From positions 111,664,001-111,728,000 of the forward strand of contig NC_045696.1 of assembly GCF_009834535.1 (NCBI RefSeq): DNA of 64,000 nucleotides. The letters run 5' to 3'. Shown one piece after another: positions 12,121 through 25,674 of the stretch. The position numbers and the translations under genes were made by a program. The notes under the pieces were generated by a model. The model made no database searches, was not told the origin of the DNA, and was given only the letters and a program-made list of their open reading frames with translations. The stretch's first letter is position 1. Every line of letters begins with the position of its first letter. This DNA is from Camelus ferus (taxonomy: Eukaryota).

Positions 12121-13723
12121 TTTAATGAGTATAATTGTATTAATCAAATATTCCATGCAACAAAATACCTCAGGGGAGATTTCTGTAATTCCAAATGGAG
12201 ATAATCTTTGATGTGAGACACTGGTACTAGGTGAACATATCACTTCCTCAGACGGCGTAAGAGCGTCAGGAATTCCTGTTGTTCACTATTTGGGAAACGC
12301 AAATAGTTCACCACTGTTAGTCTTTCCCCAGTAAAGGTGAATCATTTATCTATCTTAATCGCATTTTAAACAACTTTGGAAGACATTTTTACCTTTCCTT
12401 TAGAAATATTACAGAAAATCAGAATTCCAGAATCCTAAAAGTCATCTTGGAAAGGATATTTATTAGTTATTCTCTTGTACACTTAAGATTACCAGTCCAA
12501 AGCCTACAATCTTCAAATGGCCTTCTTTCAAACAGCTGACACTCTAAGATTTGTAATTTTATGTTTCACTGGATGCTGGTTTATTTTCCATTCCATATTG
12601 TAATTTTTGTATCTTACTATATAGAGCTTCCCTGAGCAATTATGTTTAAAGAAGCATTTCTAAATCAAGTGGATTAAATAAAACTTGATGTAATTGTATG
12701 AAAAAAAAGATTTAATGTGTATAAATTAGGGGACTGTTGGAGCCTCATGAGGAGAGAGACAATTTGATAAAAGCAGAGACACTATGTCTACAATGGTCTG
12801 ATTCGTAAATACTTGTGAATTTTTAAGTTGTGCATGGTCTCCACTTGGAAGTGTTAGGAAGCATTGGTCCTGCCATGTTCTGTACTGAATGGTGTAATTT
12901 TGATCCTTTGGGTTCCTGAAGTCAGTACGTAAATGAAAATCAGACACATCCTAAGAATGGTGCAAGTAAAATCTCCCTAATCTTATGATGCTGTTTACTA
13001 AATTCTTGAATGAGATTTTCATGTGTAAATCCATCACCGTCCTCCTGAAACCACTTATGGCATATTTTCCCTTTACTGTTGTCATATGAACAAGCTTGCT
13101 AAAAGAAATTTGATGGGGTTTTATTTTGTTTTAAAAGATGTGTTCTTTTTACTCCAAATCTGATCATCTTCCAAGGAGATGCAAGTTACTTTCTCTATCC
13201 TCTTCAGCTTTTCCTGGACATGATGGGATGGTATCTCCAGTCAAAGGCACTCCTTTCACGTAATCTACCATCCTTAAGACTCTAAATGGTCTGTTTAAAA
13301 ACTAGATTTTTCTTCTTGACAAGCAAAACGTTTGTAGACTGGACGCAAAAGAACAAATCCCTCTGGAATGCTGTTTTTTTTCTTAGTCCTACAAGTTAAG
13401 ACAGTTCAAGAAATGCCTGCAGAAGTAAACCTGGTAACATGAATGAGTGAAAGATTCCTCGTGTAGTAAAATCAAAGCAAACACAGTGAGGAATGGCAAA
13501 GAACAGAGTCCATGATGGGAAGAAATGGGGAACAAGGAGACATGTGTAAAATCCATCTTCATGCCCCCTCCTAACAGAGCAGCTGCGACTGCGAGCTGGC
13601 TTGTTGTTTCCACGCAAGCTTGTTGAACATTTCCAGATTTTCTCACTTTTCAAGCGATAATGTAATTCAGATTTTTGTGTGAAATCTCTCGATTTTTTTT
13701 TTAAATTTTGACAACCACATCAT

Positions 13724-14592
13724 TGTCGCTGCCCAATAGCCATTCCTGATCATTCCTTTCTTCCCTTTACAAAGGCTGAAAAAGCAAGGTACTCACTTTC
13801 CCAGACTCGCTGTTTTTAGGAATGGCCATGTGAACCAGTTCTGGCCTTTGAGATGTAAAGTTTCCTGGAAAGGTTTTTTTCCTTCCTTGATAGAAGAAGA
13901 GATATGGGGAGAAATCATATTCACCGTTCTGGTTATCACTCAGCTTTTTGCCTTTAGTTAATATCATTTATATGATGTGATGCCTAGAGGTGTGGCAGCC
14001 AATTTACAATCATGATGGGAAACACAAGAGAATTATGTCATCCTAGAACTCTGTATTAGGCTGCTCCAGCTGTCACAACAAGATACCATAGACTGAGTGG
14101 CTTAGCAAAGGTCTATTTCTCATAGTTCTGGAAGCTAGGAAGTCCAAGATCAAGGTGCCAGCTAGGTAGGTTCCATTCTGAGGCCTCTTCTCTTGGCTTG
14201 AAGGTGGCTATCATCTTACTGTGTACTCACATGACCCTTCCTTTGTTCTCATGCCAGAAGAGAGAGAGACACCGGGTTCTCTGGTATCTTTTCTTACAAG
14301 GGCACTAATCCCATGATGAGGGCCCCACCCTCAATATCTCATCTAATCCTAATTACCTCCCAGAGGTTCCATCTCCAAATACCATCATACATGGGGTTAG
14401 GGCTTCATCAGATGAATTTTCTGGAGACATAAACATTCAGTCCAAAACAAGTTTTGACATGGCTGAACCACTGACAGAACTCTGGAAACATCTACCTCCA
14501 CTCTTCATTATATGAGAGAAAATACACTCATTGTTTAAGCCACAATTAAGTAGGTAGTTGATAAACACAACTAAAGAACATCCCTAACTGAC
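13724..14592 (+). mobile_element. LTR33-like ERVL solo LTR, interrupted by MLT1A at 14052-14449
   Basis: TGTCGCTGCCCAATAGCCATTCC...TTTCCCAGACTC...GGCCATGTGAACCAGTTCTGGCC. Resumes after 14450 with TGTTTAAGCCAC...CCCTAACTGACA. Confidence 0.75.
14052..14449 (-). mobile_element. MLT1A-like MaLR solo LTR
   Basis: TG...CA ends. AGTCCAAGATCAAGGTGCCAGC, AAGGGCACTAATCCCAT, CTCCAAATACCATCA, AACATTCAGTCC. Confidence 0.92.
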
Positions 14593-15711
14593 ATAAAAAT
14601 GTTCTTAGTTAAATGCTGCATATAAATTATTTATAGTCTATTGTCCTAACAACAATCAAGAATTCCTAGCTAGTAACTGGGATTGTTAAAGATTCAACAC
14701 CTGATATCCACCAGAAAGCGCCATCACTTAGGGTCAGTACCATCTGCTGAGAACTCTTTTGGTAACTGTGTTATGGGTGGTAATTATAAGCTGTTAGACA
14801 GAGAGTTACTTTGTGCCAGTTCCTCTGGGAGGGAGCGGTGAGTCATAGTGAGTGGAGACTCTTTCATCACAATGTCCAGCTTAAGCACAGAGCGCACCTG
14901 GGCAGAAAGAAACCAACATGAGATGGCATCCATCGTGGGAGAGGGCCCATCTGGGCACCAGACTCTTGACATCATAATCACTGGGCAATGTGTCTAAGTG
15001 CCTCCATCCAGAAGGAGTCTTCAACATGGACTTGTGAGTAGAGTTTCAGTGTCAGCAATTTGTCAGGACTAGGTTTCTCTGATTCTCTAGACCTAAAATG
15101 TGCACTTCTGTGTTGATTTGTGACATAAATAAATAGCAAGAATTTTACTGCAGCATTGGTACAGGCCAAACTCTGCTCAATGGAGCCAAGTAATCTGATG
15201 GGCAATGTTCCCAAACTTATCTTGCCAAAGCCAACCAGCCAAACAGTATGCAACTGTGTGATAATTTGAAGATTTTCATTTTTTAAAGCATATGATTCAC
15301 GACACTGTTTTTCTTTATCTAGCTTTTATTCTCTTGAATCTCAAATATCTTTTTTTAAATAAGGAATATTTTGCCATCCTGTTTAAAAAGGGGGTGAAGT
15401 TAGTCACTTTTTAGATCAAAAAATATTAGGTTACATTAGCCCTAAAATTTTCTAAAGGAAAAATATATAAATGCAGAAATGTCTTTAAATATCTGGAGAC
15501 CACTTCTGCTTGAGTTTACCAAATTTTACTCTGGGTATTTTGAGTTCAGCTAGTGATGAGAGACTGCCTCTTCCAGATAAAGCCAATAAAATCTGATGTT
15601 ATCCCTATGCAGGAAAAAAAAAACAAAACTCTTTCAAACTTTCAAATAGAAGGGAGCCTTGGTTACAGCATTCATTTTCTGTGGAGAGAAAATAATTTGC
15701 TAAGTAAAAGA

Positions 15712-16050
15712 AGAATGAATAGATGGGGCACAAGGGATTTTTAGGGCAGTGAAGTTATTCTGTATGATACTGTAGTGGTGGCTACATGTCATTATGCACC
15801 TGTCAAAGCCCATAGACTGTACAACATCAAGAGTGACCCCTAATGTAAACTGTGGACTTTGATAATAAGTGCCCCTGTTGGTTCATAAATTGTACCAAAT
15901 ATGCCACACTGATGAGGGATGTTGACGGGAGGGGAGTATATATGTGTGGGTGGGGAGGGCTATGGGCAAACTCTCTATATTTTCTGCTCTATTCTGCTGT
16001 GAACCTGAAACTGCTCTGAAAAAATAACGTCTATGAATTAGAAAAGAAGA
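15712..16050 (+). mobile_element. L1MC-type 3' end
   Basis: GGATTTTTAGGGCAGTGAA...CTGTATGATACTGTA...CCCTAATGTAAACTGTGGACTTTG...CTGTGAACCTGAAACTGCTCT. Confidence 0.88.
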
Positions 16051-16617
16051 AGAAATTTCAGGAAAGAAATTACTACATCAAATGTGCTTGAATCACTTTT
16101 AACTAACATTATAAATCAACTAAACTTCAATAAAAAATTAAAATTTAAAAAATTTAAAAGTTTACAAAGCTATACCATTTAAGGTGATAGACAAGACATA
16201 GACTGTTTCCAATAAACCTCTCATAGACTTTGGCCTTCCAGCAGCAGTGCCCACAGACTGGGTCAGTCCTCATCTGCTCTTCCCCGTGCGCCCGTCTTTC
16301 ACCACACCCCAGGACACACAGAAGTCCTAGAAAAGAGAGTAGAATCCTGGAGTCTGCCCTCCTCAGCTAGAACAGTAGTTGATGACCTTCCAAGAGCTTT
16401 TTACTATGAAAGCCACTGAAGAACGTGAACCCTCAGTGATCTGCCTGTCAGTGGCATCAGGCGAAGAGCACTCTGAGAAAGCATCCTTCCACCATGGAAT
16501 CGTGCCCTCTGTTCTCATCTCTGCTCCGCTAAGCATTATTCTCCATGCTTGTCATTGACACCTAGAATCTAAACAGTCAATTTAACATAATGCGTATTGA
16601 TGGGTTTATAAAACCCC

Positions 16618-17085
16618 AAATCAGTTAGATTTTGCTGCATAACAAACTATCCCAAAATGTGGTGATTTAAAACAACCCTTTATTATGACTCACGCGTCTG
16701 CAGTCATCTAGATGATTCTACTGATCTGGGTCAGGCTTGATTGGTCTTGGCTAAGCTCTTTCACACATCCGGGACCTTGCTTGGGACACTGGGATGACTG
16801 CTCTGGTGCACATAGTATTTCAACCTCCATCTGGCTGTCCAGGCTTGTTCCTGGGACGGCTGGCAGTATTCCAAGAGAAAGAATGGCGGCACGCGAGGTC
16901 TCCTGAGGCCAGGCTCTTAAGTCACACACAGTCAGTTTGCTGCATCCTATTTGCCAAGGAAAGTCACCAGCCCAGCCCAGGTTCAAGGTTTGGAGAAACA
17001 GACTGCCTCTTTATGGGAAAAACTGCAAAGTCTCTCGTTGCAGAAGGAGAGGTCAGGAGTGGTGGCTGTATTTGTAGTCTGCCAC
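16618..17085 (-). mobile_element. MLT1 (G/H-like) MaLR solo LTR
   Basis: TGCTGCATAACAAACTATCCCAAAATG...CAGCCCAGGTTCAAGG...TCTGCCACA. Confidence 0.85.
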
Positions 17086-17899
17086 ACAAATACCCCTTCC
17101 AAGCAAAAATGTCTTTTGGTAAAGCGTTTAACGTGGAATGAGGAGATGCTTTCCCCTCCGAGCTCTGTGGCTCAACACTTCCACTCCCATCAAACAATCT
17201 TTCAGTTCACACCCAAGAAGAAGAGTTCAGAGGACAGTGTTTGTTGAAAAGTAATTTAGGCAGCCTCTGGCCTGGAATGTATGCACTGAACTGGAAGATT
17301 CAGGAACCACCAAAATAAAACACTTGATGGACAAATGAATGCTTGGCTCCTTCTACTGGAGGGCACTGGAGAGCAGAAGAACTTGCAGGCAAGGTCAGCA
17401 GAAAAACAAACTCACCACAGAGTGCTGGCCAGGGTGCCACCAGCTCCCGCTGAGGCCAAAGCCCTCCAGACACGAGGAGGAGGGGACGGAGGACCCTCGA
17501 CAGAGGAAAATGGCACACCCATGAAAACCAGAGCAGACGATTGAAAAAAACAAAGAAGCAACAGGAATCTGGAAGCCCAAAAATAAAATGGCTTGAGTTT
17601 TAACAAAATTCAAAAATACCAGTCTTTCTGGAAAATGAATCACTAGCAGGCATGCCAGTTTCCACGACGGCATGTCTGTGATGTTTGGACAGACGGCAAC
17701 AAGCCCAGATAAGCTCCTTGACATTTAAAGGGCTTACTCCCCAGCTGTGGGTTATCCAGTCCCCTCATTTTCCCTCTTTCCATTTTTTTCAGCCTAAGGT
17801 ACTTTGTCAGGTAAATGGAGTCTTAAAAAAACACTAATGGAAGAAGATAGCAGGGAATAATAAAAATTATTGGCTACTATATAAAAGAAATGTTATAAA

Positions 17900-18215
17900 T
17901 GTTAGCATCCTAACAGCCCGGAGAGGAAGGTATCATTATAACCCTTTGACAAATTTAAGACATTAGGATTAGAAGAGCTTTCACAACGTCCCATGTTTTA
18001 GATGTGCCGGGTCACACCCACCTCTGCCTGACTCCAAAGCCCAGTCTCTTAAATGGCTCCTTATGACGCTGAGACCCAGGAAGGGCCTTAGTTTGAGTTG
18101 GGCACCCAAGACCAGCATCCTTGGCTGAGCTGCCAAGATCAAACCACCACCTGGCTTCATGACAGCGCTAGACTTGAACCGGGTCTGCCACCTGCTGGTC
18201 CAGGGCTCTCCCTCA
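17900..18215 (-). mobile_element. MIR fragments
   Basis: CTGCCTGACTCCAAAGCCCAG and GCCAAGATCA...GACTTGAACCGGGTCT motifs. Confidence 0.55.
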
Positions 18216-18572
18216 CGGCATACTCCTAAGGGGAAAAATTCAATCAGTTAATTTATTCATTCATCCCAAAATGGTGTGTTGAGCAGCTGCTATGATCCAG
18301 CTGCTGTGTGGGGGACACAGTGTGAGCGGTGCTCAGGGTTCCCCACTCTGGGGGAACTTCCACCCAGATGCTGCAAGATAAACGCTGGACCGGGAGGAAG
18401 ACTGGAAGGCGGGGCAAAGGAATGATGATGCATAGTACTCCTGCTTTCTCCTCCTCTCTTGTTCTGTGACGTTTTGTCCTTCCTTCCCTTAGTCACCCAT
18501 TCACAGAGCTTTAGAGCAGCCGTACTTTACCAGCATTATTCAATGACTCAGAAAGGACCAATGGCTTCCCTC

Positions 18573-19907
18573 CTGCAAGGGTTGTAGGGAAAGTTGGACA
18601 GCCGCATGTGAATCAGTGAAGGGATACCATACCATGTACACCACACACACAAATAGACTCAAAATGGCTTAAAGATGCAAACATAAGACACCATAAATAA
18701 ATCTCCTAGAAGAGAACATAGGCAAAACATTCTCTGATATATATCATAGCAATGTTCTCCTGGGTCAGTGTCCCAAGGCAATAGAAATAAAAGCAAAAAT
18801 AAACAAGTGGTACCTAAGCAAACTTACAAGCCTTTGCACAGCAAAGGAAATCATAAACAAAACTAAAAGACAACCTACAGACTGGGAGAAAATATTTGCA
18901 AACGTTGCGACTGACAAAAGTTTGATTTCCAGAATATTCAAACAACTCATACAAACTCAGTAACAGGAAAATAAACAACCCAATCAAAAACTGGGCAGAA
19001 GACCCAAACAGATATTTCTACAAAGAAGACATACAGATGCCCAAGAGGCACATGAAAAGATGCTCAGCATCACTAATTATCAGAGAAATGCAAATCAAAA
19101 CTACAATGAGGTATCACCTCACACCAGTCAGAACAGTCATCATTAAAAAGTCCACGAATGATTAACACTGGAGAGGGTGTGGGGAAAAGGGAAACTTCTT
19201 ACACTGTTGTTGGGAACGAGATTGGTGCAGCCACTACAGAGAACTGTATGGAGGCTCCTTAAAATAGAGTTACCATATGTTCCAGCAATCTCACTCCTGG
19301 GCATGTATCAAAAGGAATCTCTAATTCGAAAAGACACATGCACCCCAATGTTCACAGAAGCACTATTTACAATAACCAAGACATGAAAGCAACCTAAATA
19401 TCCATCGACAGATGATTTAATGAAGTTGTAAAAAATACATGTGTGTGCACGCATGCGCACACACATACACACACAATGGAATACTACTCAGCCATAAAAA
19501 AAGAATTAAAATGCCATTTATAGCAATATGAATGGAACTAGAGATGATCATACTAAGTGTAGTAAGTCAGTCAGAGAAAGGTAAATATGCTATCACTTAT
19601 ACGTGAAATCTAAAAACTGACACAAAGTTATTTACAAAACCAAAACAGACTCACAAACATAGAAAACAAACTTACAGTTACCAAAGGGGAAAGCGATAAG
19701 GAGGGATAAATTAGAAGTTTGGGATTAGCAGATGCAAACTACTACATATAAAATAGAAAAACAACAAGGTCCTACTGTCTAGCACAGGGAACAACATTCA
19801 ATACCTTGAAATAACCGATAATGGAAACAAATTCTGCTGTACGTCAGAAACTAGCACAACATTGTAAATCAACTATATTTCAATTTAAAAAACTAAAAAT
19901 TTAAAAA
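18573..19907 (+). mobile_element. 5'-truncated LINE-1 (ORF2 C-terminus plus 3'UTR)
   Basis: ORF 19177..19386 (KIELPYVPAISLLGMY...CTPMFTEALFTI). A-rich tail. Degenerate TSD AAGGACCAATGGCTTCCCTC / AAGCACCAACCGAGTTCCCTC. Confidence 0.95.
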
Positions 19908-20174
19908 AAGCACCAACCGAGTTCCCTCTCCCCATGTGTGTGAAGGACTTTCTTCTGTAATTAAAGGACTGGAAAAACACTGAAAGCAGCAGCTCTGAAG
20001 CTTTAGGAGTTCTGGGTACATTGGCCATCGTTACGGCAGCCTCTGAATCCCTCCAGTACGGTCATAAAACTCGCCGCCAGGAATTTTCTCCACAGGGTGC
20101 TTACTGAAATATCTCCTTCTGCAGTAGTTTCATGTCTTTTTTCTCTTTAGCACTACACCAAAATGTCTTAGAGG

Positions 20175-20648
20175 AAGTTAGGCTAGGGTAATAGCTTCAG
20201 AAAACAAAGCTTGAGGCAAAGGCTGGGATGTAGACGGTTTTATGGGAAAAGAAAGCAGAATTGAAGGAGTGAGCGTGAGAAAAGACAGAAAGATGGTGTG
20301 CTGGTTCCCTCTGTGAGCAACCAGAGCTCCCGCCTGCTGCGGAACTGTGTGGACCACACCTCAGCCTTGTCTCACCAGAGGACAAGAAGCCCAGAACCTC
20401 TGGGCACTGACTCCCATCAGCGCTGAGGCAGGACTGCCCCCAGGAGGCACTAACCTCCCCCCAGAGGACACTTCCAGCTCATGGCTGAGTGTGGCTCATC
20501 AGCCTTCTGTGGTTTCAAAGTAGAGAGATGTGGCTTCCTCCACTTGGTGAAGGATGCTGGTCACTCACCTGGAAGTGTCTCCTGCAGCTGCCTTCAAATC
20601 AGCGGGGCTAACGGGACATAGGACAGAGCATCATAAGTGTCTGCTAGA
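20175..20648 (-). mobile_element. LTR16-like ERVL solo LTR
   Basis: GTGAGCAACCAGAGCTC...ACACCTCAG...CACTTCCAGC...TGTCTGCTAGA resembles the LTR16 group. Confidence 0.65.
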
Positions 20649-22749
20649 AGTAATGCTACTGGTTTTGATGTGGAAATAATTATAGATACTATCTGGTACC
20701 TTGTAATTTAACAAGTGCTCTTTACAGCCACAATTCCATTTCATTCTCATAGTAGCCAGACTATGAGATTGCAGTCATTATCATCATGTTTTCCTCATGA
20801 AGTTCTGAAGATCAGAGAAGCCGACAGTGGTAAGACTATTGCCCCTTTCTGAGAGTTCTGGTCTGCTGCTTCCAGTTAGAATTGACTTAATCAGAACGTC
20901 TTCATCCGAATGATCAATACAATCTGTACCTCCTGATTTGGATATGCTAAACAGGATTTTTTATTTTCAAATAATTTCAGAACCGCAAACACCTGGCCTA
21001 ATCATACTCCAGAGGACAGCTGTCAACTACTTACGTTTTCTCTAATCCTCCTATACATAAATCAGAACTACAGCGCCCAAGAAATAATTAACAGGTTCCA
21101 GCTTATCTTAAAATAGCCCCCAGTATAACTCATATGGCAGTTCCAGCAATATGAATGTTTATGCCTCCTGCCAAAAATCCTCCAGAGAAATCTGTTGCTG
21201 CAAACATTATGTGGCCACGTTCCCATCTGCAGAGATGCTTGTTTTCCTCTGTTTCATGCCAGAGTACTTAATCCAGGCATCATGATAAATTGCTGTTTTC
21301 TCTGCCCTCGTTACACAATCATTAGTGTATGTATCTGAAAGAATTTTGAGATCCTAAGACTAGAGGAAACTCTACCAGAAACGTTAATAGAATCACTCCC
21401 ACTTTTCACTCCTCTGATCTTTGCTTTTTCAAAAAGTAGGCAGATAAGTATATTTTTTTTATGAAATGTCACAGTGCATCCAAAAAGATTTCCAGTGATA
21501 TTTATTTCTATCTGTAGCCAAGTCTTACTCTACAAATTGTATATTTTGGTGATACAAACAACCATAATTTCATGTGCTTTGCCTACCGGCAGACAGACAC
21601 ATAGACCCACAATCTCATTATATATACCCATAATGTCATATAATGGCACTATGACATGCATAGTCATTTCAAGCAGAGCAGATGAATTAACCTATGGAAT
21701 GTGGGTTTATTTCAAAAAGCAGTAAAATTACAATAAAATTGCTAAAAAAAAAAAAATAGAAAACAGATACAGTTTGCCAACTTGTCATAAAACTAAAAGA
21801 TAAAAGTAGTCCTGATTCTTCTTAATAAAAATTTATTTATTCCTATTCTCTTGTTAAATGGTATAATTGTGTAATATTCCCACCAAAAGAGAAACAGATC
21901 TATGCAACAATTAACATTTCAATTTTTAGCTCATAATGACTACTGCTTATTGCTCCCTTTTGATGTGTTTTGCAAACCACATCAAGGCCAGAGACTCCTA
22001 CTATGTCCCTCTCAGTGTTTACAGATAAAGGTTTACTGTGTCTCTCTCTTCATTCTTTGATATCAGAAAGGTTCAGTCTATAAAACCAGGAGGATAAGAA
22101 GGCTGCTTATGAAGAAATTGTTAATAGCAAAGTTCTGAGTGAAGTCAACACAGCAGGTCTGACAGACGTGTACACGCCTCTAATATATTTGCTCAACTGC
22201 AGAGAAATGTTCCACCCAAGCAACCAAGAAAATAACTCATTAAAATGTTCAAAAGACTAACTGCTTTTCATTTTAGACTAAGCTAATGAGAAAATAGTTA
22301 TGCCCCCACAACATGCATGAAAACTTCAAGTGTCACTTGAAGAAGGCAGATTTGGATCTTCTGGTCAACCCCAAATCCTTCTGGGATAGAGAAACTTTCC
22401 AATAGTGTTGCTAAGAATCAATTATTTTTCACAACAAAACTGTGGGACGAAAGTTACTTCCTACTCACTGCATTAACAAGGATCCGAAATTGCCATCCAG
22501 AAATGATAGCATTGGGTTCACCATAGTGCACTCATCATGTGGTCCTAAGACATTTTTCTTGAAATTACCTATTACAGCTGGAAATCGTACTTTGTATAAT
22601 TATATTTCTAATACTTTCCAAGAAATAAAACTTCCTGGAAAAGGAAAAGGGAGTTCTATTAGTAGAGTCCAAAAATATTAGTAGAGTCCGAAGTATCCAG
22701 TATTTTGATACACTACGTTTTATAATCGATCACCCCTCAGCACTATTTG

Positions 22750-23090
22750 CATTCATTTATGCAGATGAATATATACTATATACTCTGTGCCAGGTACTCT
22801 CTGATACATTAGGGATAAATGAAGATCAAATAGTCTCGACAGGGAGGGAGGGTGAAGGTGGGTCACCCTCCCAGTGAAAGATGTAAACGGATGAAGAACA
22901 TAGCAAGAAACCAGGTTCTAATGAAGTTATATGGACCAGATGCTATGAGAGACCAAAAGAGACAATAATTCAGTCTCTGCCCAAGGGATTTGGGTTCACA
23001 TGGGGAGAGATTTCTGTTCTCATTCTTAAATAAAGGTATTCACCAGGGTCAGGGTGATTCGGTGAAGACAAGGTGTCACTTAAGGTGTCA
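22750..23090 (-). mobile_element. L2 fragment
   Basis: CATTCATTTATGCAGATG...TACTCTGTGCCAGGTACT. Confidence 0.55.
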
Positions 23091-23104
23091 CTTATATACA
23101 TATA

Positions 23105-23600
23105 AAAACTCATATACAAAGCCCCACTCAGTTGGTTAAAACCCCCATAGAAATGCATTGTTTCACGGAGGTAAAGCGTCCAGGCGTGTGCGGACTTCTG
23201 GTATCTCTAGACCTAGGCACTCAGCACACTAGCCTCTCCTCGCCTCCCCGCTCCCTTCGCTCTCTGCAGCCTCAGTGCTTACACCTCCTTCCCCTTCATG
23301 GTGTGAGGCGACTGATGGCCGCTCCAGGCTTACATCTCAGTTTCTCAATAACCTCAGTGGAAAAAAATGTTTCTTCCCTTCCTGACAGTTCTATAAAAGC
23401 CTTGAAATTGTGATTCAGTGTCCAGCGGAATCACACAATCCTCTGTCCCTTTGGTCGAGAGGATACGGCACTCTGGACGGGCCCAGATCACAAGCCCACT
23501 CCCAGAGCCACAAAATAGAGGGGCTTTTACTCAAGCCCAAGGGACAGAGAGTGGAGAACGTGTGGAGACTTGACACAAGTAAAGATTCACGGTCGAAGAA
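23105..23600 (-). mobile_element. MLT1K-like MaLR LTR
   Basis: GATGGCCGCTCCAGGCTTACATC...GGGCCCAGATCACAAGCCCACTCCCAGAGCC. Confidence 0.65.
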
Positions 23601-25260
23601 GCAGAACAAAACTAAGCGGGTGGTCTGGGACATACACAAGACACATGGCCACTCCAAGGTGTTTGGGAGCTGCTATGATCCCGCATGGCTGGAGTGAAGC
23701 ATGTGAGTGCAGGAAGGCAGGAGGCCTGGCGGCAAAGATGGTGGCAGCAGGGGAAGAAGGTCTTACGCTTCACTACGTAGGTCCGAAAATGAAAGGCCGG
23801 AACGTCTCAGATTATTAACTAATGTCCTAACAACACAGAAGAATCTAGTCTTTTCCCTAGGATTTAAGGCTGGAGATTAAAGCAACTTCCTGCTTGGGCC
23901 AAACGTTTTTGAAATATGTTTTAACTTTAAAATTCATACAATCATCTATAAGATATTCATACTTGTTTTAACATTTTTTAACCTTTTATTTCCATTAAGA
24001 AATAAGATTTAAGCAGAAATTTCCAGGCCTTTATCTCTCCACGTGACTCAGCACTGGGTGTAGGCCTCGGGGAATGGTGTGACCTGGGTTAGTCGGGAGG
24101 AGGAGGCGGTGGGGGGGTGCACCTCTCTGCAGGTGAGGCCGATCCTGAGGACCAGAGAATTGAGGCTGTCCGCCGCACTCAAGGTCTCTCTGGAGGGCCG
24201 ATCCAGGTGGCTCTTCTCCATGTCTACAGCAGGGGAGCAGTGATGTGCACAGATTCGCTTTGGAAGGTTACTCTAGGAACTGCTGGAGGGAGGGGGGGGC
24301 TGATAAAGTTTGCTCTTCTAGCTTTCTTTCTCCTTGGTCTTTCTTTTCTGCACTTGAACTGGGGGGAGAGGAGGCAGCTGGTGGAATGGGAAAAGGACAT
24401 GCCGACCTTGCTTCAGTGTTTTCTCCCGCACATCCACTCGCCTCTCATTAAGTTGCCTTTGCGTCGTTTTCTGTGGTTCATCTGACACCATCACATACAA
24501 GACCTCATTTGTTTGATCCTCACAGCAAACCTGCATAACTAGATTGTAACAGAAATAAGTCAGATTGCGTTGGCTTGCAGCTTCCACCTGATACAAGATT
24601 CCAGAGCGCCGTCCTGTCCTCCAAAAGAGCCCTCCTCTTACCTCCTTCACCAGGCACCAGCTCTCCCAACTGAGCATCACTCCTCTCTTACCTTTCTCTT
24701 ATGTCTCCTCCTTTAAACTCCTAGAGCATCAGACAGGTTTGAAGCGGGGAATTACCCTAACCAACATTTCCCTACTTAAGTCCTGTTCCCTTTGTGTCTT
24801 CTCCCTCATCTATTTCTAATACTATCCAGGAAGACTCAATGGCTCTATAGGAATTGCTTGGACTGGATAATCTCTTCTAATTCAGAACTGCTGTGAACCC
24901 CTTACCCCCAAGCAACAACATCCCGAGAGGGACATCACTGGCTGGTGAGATTGCTTCCCCAAGTGCAGGGCCTACCTGATGGGTTTGAAGGATTGATCCA
25001 GGAGGCACCAATGGTGGCTAAGCTAACGCTCCCTGACCAGGCACTAAACAGATCCACTCTAGCCCCTCGGGGAAGCGGTGTTAGGCAGGAAGTAGGTATG
25101 CTCTCTGTTGTATTAGAAACTCCTTCTTACAAGAAAATGTTTGCCTAAATCCAACAAGGGGGTGGAGCGGCATAATTGCACCAAAGAGTAAGTATTACTA
25201 GAGCTATTTAGCACACAGAAGAGAGATCTCTGCCTATCACAGGGTAGTATGCCTGACTAT

Positions 25261-25674
25261 TGTATTAATCATAGTTCTCCAGAGAAACAGAGCCAACAGG
25301 ATTTTGGAAAGAGAAAAAGATTTATTTTAAGGAATTGGCTTACGTGATTGTAGAAGCTGGCAGGTTCAGAGTCTACAGGGTAAGCTGGCAGGCTGGAGAC
25401 CCAGAGTAGAACGGCAGTTTGCAATCAGAGAAGCTTCACTGGCAGAATTTCCTCCTCGTCAAGGAAGGTCAGTCTTTCTCGTAAGGCCTTTAATTGATTG
25501 GATGGCCTTCAACTCACTCACATTGTGGAAAGTAATCTGCTTTACTCAAAGTCTACTGATTTAAATATTAAACTTATCCTTAAAAATACTGCATAGAAAC
25601 ACCTAGAATAATATTTGATCACATATCTGGGTAGAGTGGCCTAGCCAAGTCGACACACAAAATTAACCATCACT
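25261..25674 (-). mobile_element. MLT2 (C/D-like) ERVL solo LTR
   Basis: TGTATTA...TTCTCCAGAGAAACAGA...AAGGAATTGGCT...AATCTGCTTTACTCAAAGTC...AAAATTAACCATCAC. 5-bp TSD ACTAT at 25256-25260 and 25675-25679. Confidence 0.93.

Noticed and set aside
13370..13445. Possible exon after TTTTTTTTCTTAG
   Set aside because: The downstream donors are weak, and there is no recognisable peptide or partner exon.
17300..17724. Cluster of overlapping short ORFs
   Set aside because: There is no homology I can recognise. Locally higher GC explains the lack of stops.
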